Assembly (NCBI GenBank): GCA_964504205.1
Contig: CAZDDE010000004.1
Coordinates: 1-57,487, forward strand
Direction of reading: 5' to 3'
Origin: an uncultured Candidatus Saccharibacteria bacterium
GTDB taxonomy: Bacteria > Patescibacteriota > Minisyncoccia > Spechtbacterales > HO2-43-30
DNA: 57,487 nt
Numbering within the stretch: position 1 is the first letter of the stretch; each line of letters begins with the position of its first letter. Shown here piece after piece: positions 1 through 9,715 of this stretch. Under the pieces are notes generated by a model. That model did not search any database and was not told where the DNA came from. It saw only the letters and a list, made by a program, of their open reading frames with translations. Made by a program: the position numbers and the translations under genes.

Positions 1-712
<712 letters not shown>

Positions 713-1081
713 AAATTTTGCCCTCCTCCGCTAAAGCTTCGGAGGGCGCTGTGTTTTCTTACTGCTCGTCCGCCAAAGGCGGACTCACACAGAAAACACA
801 CGGTATGCACCGTATAAAGCACAAGTATAGACTATATTAATCTGTCAACGAACTCACTAAACATCCTACCGCAAAACATCTATTTGAGTCAAGAGTCTGT
901 ACTTGTACTAGCTAACTTTGGCTTAAAATAAACTAAAATCGCCAAAAATAATCCCGGTATTACGATGTGCCGGCATAGCCCTATTGCAACTTTTCTAAAA
1001 CTTTAGACAGCCCTGCGTCTTTTTGCTATTCTGGCAATAGGTTCTTTGACAAAACAAAACTACTGAAAAGGAGAAACGGCA

Positions 1082-1618
1082 ATGAAGAACTACGTTGTTT
1101 TGGCCGATATAAAACTAGCGCGTATCGCAAAAATCTTCGTTAGCGACCATGCGGAAGATGAACGGCTGGGCGAAGTCTTTCAAGAATGGCAAGAAAGCTA
1201 TCGCGACGAGATAAATTCTAGACAATATGATCTTATCGTTGCGCGAACAGCAGACTTTAGCGATCTCAAATCCAAACTTTTTGCTTACGACAACTGGGAT
1301 GCGGCCGAATGGTACGGACCGGGAATAGAGCAAGAATATCAAGACGATGAAAAAAAAGTTTTTGTTCTTCTTGTTAACGAAAGTAAAATGAGGATTATCC
1401 AGATTTGGACCAGTGAAGTTCTCACTGATGAAAATCTTGTAGAGATCTCAAAAAAGGCCGGGGAGAAGTTCGGTTCCCTTCCGAGGGAGCACGGATGCGG
1501 TTTTGACACCATAATGCTCCGTGCTAAAAATATGGAAGCGGCCAAGCTCCAGCTATCCTTTGGCAACGGAAACCCCTATCATACCGGATGGTACACTGCC
1601 GAACGGAGTTGCTTATAG
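1082..1618 (+). CDS. hypothetical protein (178 aa, acidic)
   Basis: Long ORF with aaaggagaaacggca upstream of the ATG. No family recognised by eye. Confidence 0.6.
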   Translation: MKNYVVLADIKLARIAKIFVSDHAEDERLGEVFQEWQESYRDEINSRQYDLIVARTADFSDLKSKLFAYDNWDAAEWYGPGIEQEYQDDEKKVFVLLVNESKMRIIQIWTSEVLTDENLVEISKKAGEKFGSLPREHGCGFDTIMLRAKNMEAAKLQLSFGNGNPYHTGWYTAERSCL

Positions 1619-1632
1619 ACGGAGGCAACGTG

Positions 1633-1740
1633 ATGAACAGACAAAAATTTTTACAAACAGTTCGCGATAGGGCGATAATGAATGATTGCGAACTTAAAAA
1701 CATGCTTAATTCTATGATAGATAAATTCCAACCCCCTTAA
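1633..1740 (+). CDS. possible small protein (35 aa)
   Basis: ggagg at 1621-1625 lies 7 nt upstream of ATG 1633. The ORF ends in the 1732-1751 hairpin. It is below the ORF-track size cutoff. Confidence 0.3.
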   Translation: MNRQKFLQTVRDRAIMNDCELKNMLNSMIDKFQPP

Positions 1741-1760
1741 ACTAAAGGGGGATTTTTATT
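1732..1760 (+). terminator. intrinsic terminator hairpin (ccccctt/aaggggg) followed by atttttatt
   Basis: 7-bp GC-rich stem 1732-1738/1745-1751 with a T-run. It overlaps the convergent trmD stop. Confidence 0.55.
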
Positions 1761-2464
1761 GCGCCATCTTTACTCCCTTGCTCTGCCGGCTTGCGCGATT
1801 GTTCTCGCCATTCTTCTATCTTCTTATGGTGCCCGGAGACTAAAACTTCCGGTACGCGCCATTCTACGCCTTTTTTAGGAGAAAAGACTTCCGGGCGGGT
1901 GTAGACACCATGTTCATATTTCGCACCTTTTGAAAATGATTCGCCCTCTTTTGATTTAGAATCTCCGATGACACCCTTGACCATGCGCGAAACTGCGTCA
2001 ACCACTATCATTGCCGGCAATTCTCCGCCGGTTATCACATACTCACCTACTGATAGTTCCTCATCGGCAATATGTTCGGCCACGCGTTCGTCTACGCCTT
2101 TATAATGTCCAGCAATTAAAATAATCTGATCGTATTTTGCAAGTGTGCGTACATGGGCCTGTGTCAAAACCTTGCCCTTGGCAGAAAATAAAACAACTCG
2201 TGATTTGACTTTTGACTTTTGACTTTTGACTTTCCGCAGTGCCTGCACTGCGGAATATATTGGCCCTACCTTCATCACCATGCCTGAAATTCCGCCGTAA
2301 GCTAGATCATCTGTGGTCTTATGTTTGTCGGTCGCGTAATCCCGAATGTTATGTACGCGAATTTTAATAAGTTTATTTTTCTGCGCCCGCGCAAGCATGC
2401 TGCTCGCAAAGTAGCAGTCAAACATTTCAGGAAAGATTGTTAGGATATCAAATGTTATTTTCAT
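1742..2464 (-). CDS. trmD: tRNA (guanine37-N1)-methyltransferase TrmD
   Basis: MKITFDILTIFPEMF N-terminus and AGHYKGVDERV motif. Sits in an rpsP-KH-trmD operon. Confidence 0.93.
   Translation of the reverse strand: MKITFDILTIFPEMFDCYFASSMLARAQKNKLIKIRVHNIRDYATDKHKTTDDLAYGGISGMVMKVGPIYSAVQALRKVKSQKSKVKSRVVLFSAKGKVLTQAHVRTLAKYDQIILIAGHYKGVDERVAEHIADEELSVGEYVITGGELPAMIVVDAVSRMVKGVIGDSKSKEGESFSKGAKYEHGVYTRPEVFSPKKGVEWRVPEVLVSGHHKKIEEWREQSRKPAEQGSKDGAIKIPL
2205..2232. repeat. perfect tandem heptamer (tgacttt) x4 inside trmD
   Basis: Read directly. Encodes KSQKSKVKS in a variable loop and is preceded by the 9-bp palindrome ccgcagtgc/gcactgcgg. Confidence 0.9.
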
Positions 2465-2509
2465 AAAATCAAAAACCGCACCACTTATCGCAGCACGGTT
2501 TTTGGAAAA

Positions 2510-2833
2510 TTACAGATTAAGATCGCCTACTGCTTCCTCAACGCTTGTTGCGCGAGGCGCAGGACGTACGTGCGTACTACCTTCCGGTTCCTCGATCTTG
2601 AGGTTCACTCTGGCGTTGTTCTTCAAACCGACAATGCGGAGCAAAGAACGAATCGCCCGAGCAGTATTGCCGCGCTGGCCGATTATTTGGCCCATGTCTT
2701 CCGCGTGCACAGAAAGTGTAATCAGCACACCCATTTCGTCGATCTTGCGCTCTGTTTTGACAGATTCAGGATGATCCACGAGAGCTTTGATAACATACTC
2801 CAGAAAATCCTGATCGCTTGCTTTAGTAGCCAT
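2510..2833 (-). CDS. KH-domain RNA-binding protein (YlqC/UPF0109-like)
   Basis: GQIIGQRGNTARAIRSLL KH GXXG motif. Lies between rpsP and trmD. Start set to ATG 2833 (MATKAS) rather than the GTG at 2893. Confidence 0.8.
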   Translation of the reverse strand: MATKASDQDFLEYVIKALVDHPESVKTERKIDEMGVLITLSVHAEDMGQIIGQRGNTARAIRSLLRIVGLKNNARVNLKIEEPEGSTHVRPAPRATSVEEAVGDLNL

Positions 2834-2929
2834 AACAGGTTTTTTGTGATTAATTGTATTCAGTAATAACTCAACAATAAGCGACCTTTTCACCCCTTAC
2901 TTTTGGGGTAACTAACCATTATATCAAAA

Positions 2930-3274
2930 TCAAGCTTGGCTGTCAACCGCCTGAATTCCTCCCTTGTCGGCAGACGCGGCAGAGGTTGCGGGGGGTTCTT
3001 TCTTTTTTGATTTCTTATGCACCGCAACTTTTTTTCCTTCTACTATGCCAGCAGAAATCAGCATATTGCGCACCGTACTTGATGCCTGCGCGCCCTTGGA
3101 TAACCAGTACAAAATCCGCTCCTTATTGAAGTTGCGCACATGCTTTACGGGATTGTAAAAACCCAGCATTTCTAAAAATTTGCCGGTTTTTGGCGGAGTG
3201 CGCTGCGGCAGTACCACCAGCCGAAACTTGGGGTCGTTCTTTCTTCCGACACGAATCAAACGAATTCTAAGCAT
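2930..3274 (-). CDS. rpsP: 30S ribosomal protein S16
   Basis: MLRIRLIRVGRKNDPKFRLVV...YNP N-terminus typical of S16, with a basic C-terminal extension. Confidence 0.93.
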   Translation of the reverse strand: MLRIRLIRVGRKNDPKFRLVVLPQRTPPKTGKFLEMLGFYNPVKHVRNFNKERILYWLSKGAQASSTVRNMLISAGIVEGKKVAVHKKSKKKEPPATSAASADKGGIQAVDSQA

Positions 3275-3299
3275 ATAGCAACATTATTATCAAAAACCG

Positions 3300-3331
3300 T
3301 AAAATTGTAAAGCCCCCGCGTTAAGCGGGGG
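3300..3331 (-). terminator. hairpin cccccgc/gcggggg overlapping the ftsH stop
   Basis: 7-bp GC stem 3313-3319/3325-3331. The downstream minus-strand sequence is ctttacaatttt. Confidence 0.4.
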
Positions 3332-5174
3332 TTTCGGGGGCTCTAGGAGGCAAAATACCTTCAAGCAGTTCGCCTTCTAGAGTTTCCTGGTCTAGAAGAA
3401 TTTTTACTATCGTTTTGATGCGTTCTTTTTCTGCGCTGATCGCCTCTTCAGCCTTCTTCTTCGCTCCAGAAATAAGGCGGAGCACTTCTTCATCTATGGC
3501 CTTGGCGGTATCTTCCGAGTAATCACGCCGCTCGTGGATTTCGCGTCCAAGAAAAACCAATTCTTCCCTTTGGCCGAACGTCCGCAGGCCAAGCTTGCTC
3601 ATTGCAAATCTTGTTATGATGTCGCGAGCAAGCTGTGTGGCTTTCGCGATGTCATCACTTGCGCCAGTCGTAACGTGTTCCTCGCCATACTGCACTGCCT
3701 CGGAAACTCTGCCTCCCAGCATTATTGCCAGATTATCGAGAAGATAAGCATTGTCCACCAGGCCGCGATCTTCCTCCGGCAGCATTCTAGTGTAGCCGCC
3801 CATACCACCCCGCTGCACGATAGATATTTTGTGCACAGGATCGGCGTACTTCATTTTCCATGCCACCACGGCATGGCCGGCTTCATGATAGGCAGCTATT
3901 TCTTTTTCTCTTTTGCTGACTTTTCTGCTCTTTCTCGCCGGACCGGCGACGACGCGATCAACCGTTTCTGCGAAATCCTTAAAAGTAATGACTTTTCTAT
4001 TCTGGCGCGTTGCCAGAATCGCTGCTTCATTGACAAGATTCGCGAGATCAGCTCCGCTAAAGGCATAAGTCAGTTGTGCTATTTTCTTTATATCAACGTC
4101 TGGAGCTACGGGCTTGCCGCGCATATGAACTTTCAGGATATCCGCTCTTCCTTCGGCATCAGGAAGATCCACAGTCACTCGTCTATCAAATCTTCCGGGA
4201 CGAAGTAATGCCGGGTCAAGAATATCCGGACGGTTTGTAGCGGCAAGGACAATAACATTGGTTCTTGTGTCAAAGCCGTCCATCTCAACCAAGATCTGGT
4301 TTAAAGTCTGCTCACGCTCATCATGCCCGCTGCCAAGGCCGGCTCCGCGATGTCTACCGACGGCATCTATCTCGTCAATAAATATAATACAAGGCGCGTT
4401 GCCCTTGGCTTGGTCAAAAAGATCGCGCACACGCGCCGCACCCATCCCAACGAACATCTCCACGAACGCACTGCCGCTTATATGGAAAAAAGGCACACCT
4501 GCCTCTCCGGCAATGGCCCGCGCAAGTAAAGTTTTCCCGGTACCCGGCGCTCCGACTAAAAGAACGCCTTTGGGGATTCGCGCGCCCATGGCAAGAAATC
4601 TTTCCGGTAATTTCAGAAACTCCACCACTTCCTGCACCTCCTGCTTCGCTTCCTCAACCCCGGCGACATCATTAAAGGTTACCGCGGGACGCTCTGCCAC
4701 GAGCTTAGCTTTACTCCTGATCATTGCGTTGACGCCACCCTGCGGCTGAACGCGGCTCATCATGAATAAAAAGAAACCGATAATAACTATTACTGGCAAC
4801 AAACCCAGCAAGACTTTCCAGAAATTAAACCCTTCGCCTGTTCCTGTTACTTTTATCTTTATGCCATCTTTGCCAGTTTTTATCCCGAGCTCTTCAAATA
4901 ACTCCAGGATGCTCGTGCCCGGTTCTTTGCGTGACTTAAAAACTTTTCCGACCGTACTAGTAATAGTTAGATTATCACCCTTAACCTCGATAGTTCTAAT
5001 CTGCCCGTCTTCAGCCATGGCTACAACTTGACTTATCTCAATTTCTTCTTTCCGTTCTGAAGAACTAGGCGCAAGAACAGTCAATAACCACACAACTCCC
5101 AGAATGATAGCGATTATCGCGATTCCCTTCCAAACGCTCATACGCCCTCGCGGCCCCTGCGGCTTATTATTCAT
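3321..5174 (-). CDS. ftsH: ATP-dependent zinc metalloprotease FtsH
   Basis: N-terminal TM segments, Walker A GAPGTGKT, the second region of homology, and the HEAGH zinc motif. Start set to ATG 5174, 6 nt after aaggag. Confidence 0.95.
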   Translation of the reverse strand: MNNKPQGPRGRMSVWKGIAIIAIILGVVWLLTVLAPSSSERKEEIEISQVVAMAEDGQIRTIEVKGDNLTITSTVGKVFKSRKEPGTSILELFEELGIKTGKDGIKIKVTGTGEGFNFWKVLLGLLPVIVIIGFFLFMMSRVQPQGGVNAMIRSKAKLVAERPAVTFNDVAGVEEAKQEVQEVVEFLKLPERFLAMGARIPKGVLLVGAPGTGKTLLARAIAGEAGVPFFHISGSAFVEMFVGMGAARVRDLFDQAKGNAPCIIFIDEIDAVGRHRGAGLGSGHDEREQTLNQILVEMDGFDTRTNVIVLAATNRPDILDPALLRPGRFDRRVTVDLPDAEGRADILKVHMRGKPVAPDVDIKKIAQLTYAFSGADLANLVNEAAILATRQNRKVITFKDFAETVDRVVAGPARKSRKVSKREKEIAAYHEAGHAVVAWKMKYADPVHKISIVQRGGMGGYTRMLPEEDRGLVDNAYLLDNLAIMLGGRVSEAVQYGEEHVTTGASDDIAKATQLARDIITRFAMSKLGLRTFGQREELVFLGREIHERRDYSEDTAKAIDEEVLRLISGAKKKAEEAISAEKERIKTIVKILLDQETLEGELLEGILPPRAPETPA

Positions 5175-5228
5175 CACAAGCTCCTTTCGCCTTCTTTCAA
5201 AGTCTTTTGTTCAGACTATACTATGTAC

Positions 5229-5915
5229 CTACCACCCTTTCATGTCAAGGGCTTTTCCTGCCGCTTTTTCCTGCGCTTCCTGTTTGCTCGAACCCTCGCC
5301 CTTGCTAACCAGCTCTTTTTCCAGAAACACGCCAACAGAAAAATTCTTGGCGTGATCTGGCCCCTTTTCACTCAAAACTTCGTAGGTTGGGGTAATCCCA
5401 ACCCTTTCCTGCGCTTCTTCCTGAAAGCGGCTTTTCGGGTCTCTATACAGCTCTTTTTCCAAAATTTCGGGCAGATGCGACAAGATATGCGTTCCAACAA
5501 ATTTACTCGCCGTATCGTACCCGCTGTCCAGATACACAGCGCCTATAGTCGCCTCCATAGCATTCGCCAAAATGTATTCGCGCGCACGACCGGTATCTTT
5601 TGCTTCGCCCTTCGACAATAGTAAGAAATCATTCATTCCAACCTCTTGCGAAATTTTTGCAAGCATCCTGCTGTTGACAAGCGCGGCACGCCAAGAAGTG
5701 AGGTCGCCTTCAGGATTTTTATAGTTATTATATAAGTATTCTGTGACCACCAATTCCAAAACGGCATCCCCTAGAAACTCAAGGCGCTCATTGTGGTCTA
5801 AATAAAAATTTGGGGTTTCGTTGAGATAAGAACGATGGGTAAGAGCCTGACGAAGCAAGTCCTCGTTTTTAAAATTCACTCCAAGCAATTGCTGAAGAGG
5901 AGAAAGATCGGTCAC
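5229..5915 (-). CDS. rnc: ribonuclease III
   Basis: RNase III signature ERLEFLGDAVLE plus a C-terminal dsRBD. Confidence 0.93.
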   Translation of the reverse strand: MTDLSPLQQLLGVNFKNEDLLRQALTHRSYLNETPNFYLDHNERLEFLGDAVLELVVTEYLYNNYKNPEGDLTSWRAALVNSRMLAKISQEVGMNDFLLLSKGEAKDTGRAREYILANAMEATIGAVYLDSGYDTASKFVGTHILSHLPEILEKELYRDPKSRFQEEAQERVGITPTYEVLSEKGPDHAKNFSVGVFLEKELVSKGEGSSKQEAQEKAAGKALDMKGW

Positions 5916-5916
5916 T

Positions 5917-6044
5917 TTCTAATTTCTAATTCCTAAGTTCTAATTTCTAATCAAGTCCCAAATCCCAATGTCTAATTTCTAAAATTTTAGAAATTAGACA
6001 TTTTGAATTAGAAATTTTATTAGAAATTAGTAATTAGAAATTAG
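5917..6044. repeat. intergenic heptamer-repeat array with embedded 30-nt perfect palindrome
   Basis: ttctaat-type units x5 (5917-5951), the perfect palindrome gtctaatttctaaaa/ttttagaaattagac (5970-5999), and complementary attagaa-type units up to 6044. Confidence 0.9.
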
Positions 6045-6048
6045 GCAT

Positions 6049-6564
6049 TTAATTACTCTGCTCTTGCTTTTTTTCTTCTACTAAAGGAGTTTCTTGTTCC
6101 TTGGCCTGTTCATCTTTCTTCTTGGACGTCTCGTCCTTCCCGGGTTCCCCAATCTCTCGATAGATCGTCCCCAAAACGCCGTTGATAAACCGCCCCGAGC
6201 TTTCACCGCCGAAATTTTTAGCAAGTTCAATCGCTTCGTTGATTGCCACCTTGGGCGGCACTTCATCGCGCTTGCCCCAGAGCAGCTCATAAATCCCCAC
6301 ACGCAGAACATTTCTATCGACTAAAGTAATTTGCGCCAACGGCCACTCCGGAGCGCACTTTACTATAATTTCATTTATTTTTTCCAAGTGCTCCATTACA
6401 CCATTGATCAATTGCCAGATAAAACCGGTGTCCTCAAGCCCAGGCCCAAATTCTTTGATATTTTTGTTGACAATGCTCTCCAATTTAGAATTATCCCCAC
6501 CCCAAAAATCCCACTCATAGAGCGATTGCATAGCGATTGACCTTGATAAATGACGAGAGGCCAT
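6049..6564 (-). CDS. nusB: transcription antitermination factor NusB
   Basis: [15 protein letters not shown]-terminus and a NusB-like helical core, with an acidic/lysine-rich C-terminal tail. Confidence 0.88.
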   Translation of the reverse strand: MASRHLSRSIAMQSLYEWDFWGGDNSKLESIVNKNIKEFGPGLEDTGFIWQLINGVMEHLEKINEIIVKCAPEWPLAQITLVDRNVLRVGIYELLWGKRDEVPPKVAINEAIELAKNFGGESSGRFINGVLGTIYREIGEPGKDETSKKKDEQAKEQETPLVEEKKQEQSN

Positions 6565-6854
6565 TACTTCTTCGAAAGTTCTTCTAAATTACCTGTAGCC
6601 GCTTTTTCTTGGGCATGCTCCTGATCGTGCGCTTTTTGCTCTTTTTCCCTGCGCTTGCGCTCTTTCTTATCAAGTTTGGCAAAAACATTGACAATTTCAC
6701 GGCCACGATATGTTCCGCAATTGTCACACATTATATGCGGCAAAACCTCTTTGCCGCATTTTTGGCAATGCGAAAAAACGATCGCTTTCAACGCGTGATG
6801 CGATCGCCGCTTGCCCTGATGTCCCTTTGTGTTTCGTTTCTTTGGTACGCCCAT
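6564..6854 (-). CDS. rpmF: 50S ribosomal protein L32 with extended basic C-terminus
   Basis: [22 protein letters not shown] and a CxxC...CxxC zinc ribbon. Confidence 0.9.
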   Translation of the reverse strand: MGVPKKRNTKGHQGKRRSHHALKAIVFSHCQKCGKEVLPHIMCDNCGTYRGREIVNVFAKLDKKERKRREKEQKAHDQEHAQEKAATGNLEELSKK

Positions 6855-6882
6855 GTAAATTTTTGCAGGGGCAAAAATTTAC
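6855..6882 (-). promoter_or_regulatory. perfect 12-bp hairpin abutting the rpmF start codon
   Basis: gtaaatttttgc/gcaaaaatttac with a 4-nt loop. It ends at the base next to the ATG, and no Shine-Dalgarno lies between them. Confidence 0.5.
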
Positions 6883-7023
6883 CCCTAACTACTAATTACT
6901 CACACTAATTACAATTTACAGTAGCTTTATAGCATATAAAATAATTTCAGGCAAATTTATGCAAGAAGCGCGCTATTCCGTAACCATGCGGCTGAGCGCA
7001 CCTTTCTTTCTGGCAGACATGTC

Positions 7024-7254
7024 CTACAAAACTTCTTCGCGGGCTTTAGTGATATCTTTGCCGAAGATTCTAATCTCTCCTCCGCTTGGGGAAAGCAGAG
7101 AAAGAATCATATGGATAATTGTTGTTTTCCCCGCCCCGTTGGGGCCGACAAGCCCCACCACCTCGCCCTCGCCAATCTCAAAAGAAACATGATCCACGGC
7201 AAGTTTTTCTTTATACTTTTTTGCAAGATTTTTAACTTCAAGAATCGGCCGCAT
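7024..7254 (-). pseudogene. truncated ABC-transporter ATPase (N-terminal 76 aa only)
   Basis: Walker A GPNGAGKTT is present. The ORF stops before the Q-loop, signature and Walker B, and no continuation is seen in any frame. Confidence 0.6.
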
Positions 7255-7284
7255 ATTTTTATTTTACTTTTTTTAGAGACTTTT

Positions 7285-7323
7285 GACAAAAAAGTAAGGC
7301 CCCCCGACTTAGGCCGAGGGGCC
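7285..7323 (-). terminator. intrinsic terminator after the 7341-8048 gene
   Basis: ggcccc.../...ggggcc stem followed on the minus strand by ttacttttttgtc. Confidence 0.55.
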
Positions 7324-7340
7324 ACAACTAGAGAAAGGGC

Positions 7341-8048
7341 TTACTCAAGTATTCTCCGACGGACAGTAGGGTCCGGTTTCTCGAGAACCACCTCCGGATC
7401 CTCCAGTCGGAGAACCTCGTGGCCCTCCCACCCGTGCTTGGGAGGGTAGGCTACGAGAAAGACCTCCAGGCACCTCGCCCGAATGCGCTCCCATGTTTCT
7501 TCCGTGGTCGCAACAATCTGGGAAGTATAGCCTTTTACGTCCTCCTCTCCCCACGACAAGATTATGAAGGCAAGTACGCCCAGGTACCCCCCCAGACCGG
7601 CTACTCCCAACCAGCGATACATGCCAAGTGGCCCGTAGGCAATAAGGAGCATCACGCCGCCAAAGATGATTATTCTAGGCAACTTTGGGACTATTTTCCT
7701 CCCGAAATCGACTGTTCCTTCAGACGCCTTCATCCAGAGGGCCAGTGCCCCCAAGATCATCGTCCCGAACGTCTTCTCTATTTTCTTTTCTCTCCACCAT
7801 ATTATGACTCGCGTAAATCGAGAAATAAAACCGGAAGAACGTATCACCCACGAGAAAACTAGCAGTATGATGGTTGCCCCAAAGAGAAAGGCCAATCCTT
7901 TCCCAATGATGGACAATACGTAAGGCAGTCTGGTGATTTCGATACCAATCAGGGGGTGGAAGAAACTCGTAAAAACCCCAATTACCAATGCGAGCGCAAC
8001 GAAGTACTCGCATACCTCGTACAACTCTTTAAAACGTTTTTTCCACAT
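7341..8048 (-). CDS. hypothetical multi-pass membrane protein (235 aa)
   Basis: Several hydrophobic segments. The region is clearly more GC-rich than its surroundings. Confidence 0.65.
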   Translation of the reverse strand: MWKKRFKELYEVCEYFVALALVIGVFTSFFHPLIGIEITRLPYVLSIIGKGLAFLFGATIILLVFSWVIRSSGFISRFTRVIIWWREKKIEKTFGTMILGALALWMKASEGTVDFGRKIVPKLPRIIIFGGVMLLIAYGPLGMYRWLGVAGLGGYLGVLAFIILSWGEEDVKGYTSQIVATTEETWERIRARCLEVFLVAYPPKHGWEGHEVLRLEDPEVVLEKPDPTVRRRILE

Positions 8049-8209
8049 ACACTTTCCTTCCCGCCAAGTTTAAATTTTTCTGCCTCTTTAGCAGAATGCT
8101 TGGCAGTTTGTTTGATAAAGGAACCTTTCAACCCTGAACGCCAGTTGAAGGGCTGAAAGGTTCCGGCGATCCGAGCGGAGTTGGTCCAACTCGGATCGCC
8201 TTTATCATG

Positions 8210-8638
8210 CTATCCGCAATCCTCCTTCTTCTCGATTATGACCTGGGTGGGTCCTTTCTCGCTCGGCGCGACTAAAGACTCACCTTGATATGGAATAAAA
8301 ATCTTTTCGTCACCGTCGTAGCGAACGCCCACTTTCACCCCGTCTGGACATACAGTATCGGTGGTTACATCAATAATATACCCCCGACCACCGGGCGCGA
8401 GTACATATAGACTCGCATAGCCGTTGCTCAACATGGACTTGACGTACATGTTTGGGCCAAACTTTACCCTTACCGTGCTCGCCACGGGATTAACCAGCAA
8501 GTACGGCTGGATCTCTTCAACGGCCAGCTCAGGCACCGGGGCTTCTTCCCTGGAACTTTCACCCACGATAACCACCAGCACCACCATAACCACAACCAAC
8601 GCGAGTACAATCGCCACCCCACACCACTCCTTTTTCAT
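8210..8638 (-). CDS. hypothetical membrane-anchored protein (142 aa)
   Basis: N-terminal hydrophobic anchor VAIVLALVVVMVVLVVIV. gaaggaggaggc lies upstream of the ATG. Confidence 0.65.
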   Translation of the reverse strand: MKKEWCGVAIVLALVVVMVVLVVIVGESSREEAPVPELAVEEIQPYLLVNPVASTVRVKFGPNMYVKSMLSNGYASLYVLAPGGRGYIIDVTTDTVCPDGVKVGVRYDGDEKIFIPYQGESLVAPSEKGPTQVIIEKKEDCG

Positions 8639-8761
8639 GCCTCCTCCTTCTCTCCTCTTATGCGGAATATTTAAATTTTTTATTTTCCGCGAGGAGAAGA
8701 ATATCCTAAAAATTGTTTGAGAACATTCTTCTCCTCGCTTAAATTTTTCCGCCTTGCGACC

Positions 8762-8806
8762 TAATACAGACTAGAGGCTCTTTTGGAGAGCCTCTAGTCT
8801 GTATTA
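8762..8806. repeat. perfect 19-bp inverted repeat with 7-nt loop
   Basis: taatacagactagaggctc (8762-8780) pairs with gagcctctagtctgtatta (8788-8806). No flanking T-run on either strand. Confidence 0.85.
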
Positions 8807-8957
8807 AGTTGTAAAGCAGTGGTTTTTGATGCCACTGATGGTGAGATAAAGAAGCATGTAGCCCCTCACCTCACCATCAGTAGCCTGCTTTGCAACTTGA
8901 GCTCTCCTCCTTTTGGCTTATATACCTGGCAAAGAGCCATTTTCATTCTATGCCACC

Positions 8958-8986
8958 ATTATAGCATACTATACATATTTTGTCAA
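8958..8986 (-). promoter_or_regulatory. consensus sigma70-type promoter (ttgaca-17-tataat) for a ~320-nt structured leader of the 8210-8638 gene
   Basis: Minus strand: ttgaca (8981-8986), a 17-nt spacer, then tataat (8958-8963). Confidence 0.6.
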
Positions 8987-9011
8987 GGTAAAATGCCCTT
9001 TTCGGACTTAT

Positions 9012-9635
9012 TTAAGCCAATCTGAAACTTCGCCTGTGTATCGCGCATGGGCCATATTTGGCAAGTAAAGCATAGTGCAAACGCGTGCCATAACCCTTGT
9101 GCAGGTCAAAGCGATATTGAGGATATTTCTTATGATAGCGCAACATGGTACGGTCGCGCGTAACTTTGGCGATGATAGAAGCAATGGCAATCAGGGCAAC
9201 TTTCTCGTCACCTTTTATAATTGCGCGCTGCTCTCTTTGCATCTCCAACACTGATTTACCGTCTAAAAGCAAAAGATCAGCTGCACCTCCCATCGCTCTT
9301 TCCAGTTTAATCACCGCATTTTTTGCAGCGCGCCGTCTTGCCTCATATATATTTATGCAATCAATGACTCTAGGCGAAACCCTGGAAACCGCCCAATGGA
9401 TATTTGGATCCCGGACGAAAATCTCAAAAAATTCCCCCCTTTGCTTTGGAGTTAACATCTTTGAATCCCGAAGGTTTAAAAATTTAAAATGAGAAATCAA
9501 AAATTTGGCAGGCCCAGTTACCGCGCAGGCCGTCACCGGCCCGGCCAACGGGCCCACGCCGACTTCATCCACGCCAACAACCATCAGATACCCTTTACTC
9601 CTTAATCTTTTTTCGTAAGAAAAATCTAAAAACAT
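9012..9635 (-). CDS. rnhB: ribonuclease HII
   Basis: VGVDEVGVGPLAGPV catalytic motif and overall RNase HII layout. Confidence 0.92.
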   Translation of the reverse strand: MFLDFSYEKRLRSKGYLMVVGVDEVGVGPLAGPVTACAVTGPAKFLISHFKFLNLRDSKMLTPKQRGEFFEIFVRDPNIHWAVSRVSPRVIDCINIYEARRRAAKNAVIKLERAMGGAADLLLLDGKSVLEMQREQRAIIKGDEKVALIAIASIIAKVTRDRTMLRYHKKYPQYRFDLHKGYGTRLHYALLAKYGPCAIHRRSFRLA

Positions 9636-9715
9636 TCTTCAGCTATGCTAAACCCCTAATTAAACCTAACTAAAATTGCATTATCACTATAAAACGGATA
9701 CAATAGAATTTGAGT

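Noticed and set aside
841-1081. rRNA promoter: ttgaca and tatact on the minus strand near 825-850.
   Set aside because: The spacer is only 13 nt, so I could not support a confident promoter call.
3534-4749. Long plus-strand ORFs antisense to ftsH. Comparable antisense ORFs occur in dnaE, gyrB, gatB and the kinase genes.
   Set aside because: They overlap strongly supported conserved genes, and they lack SDs and recognisable motifs.
5917-6044. A CRISPR array or other spacer-repeat locus, here and at 35522-35592.
   Set aside because: The units are 7 nt and directly tandem, with no spacers, and no cas genes are in the window.
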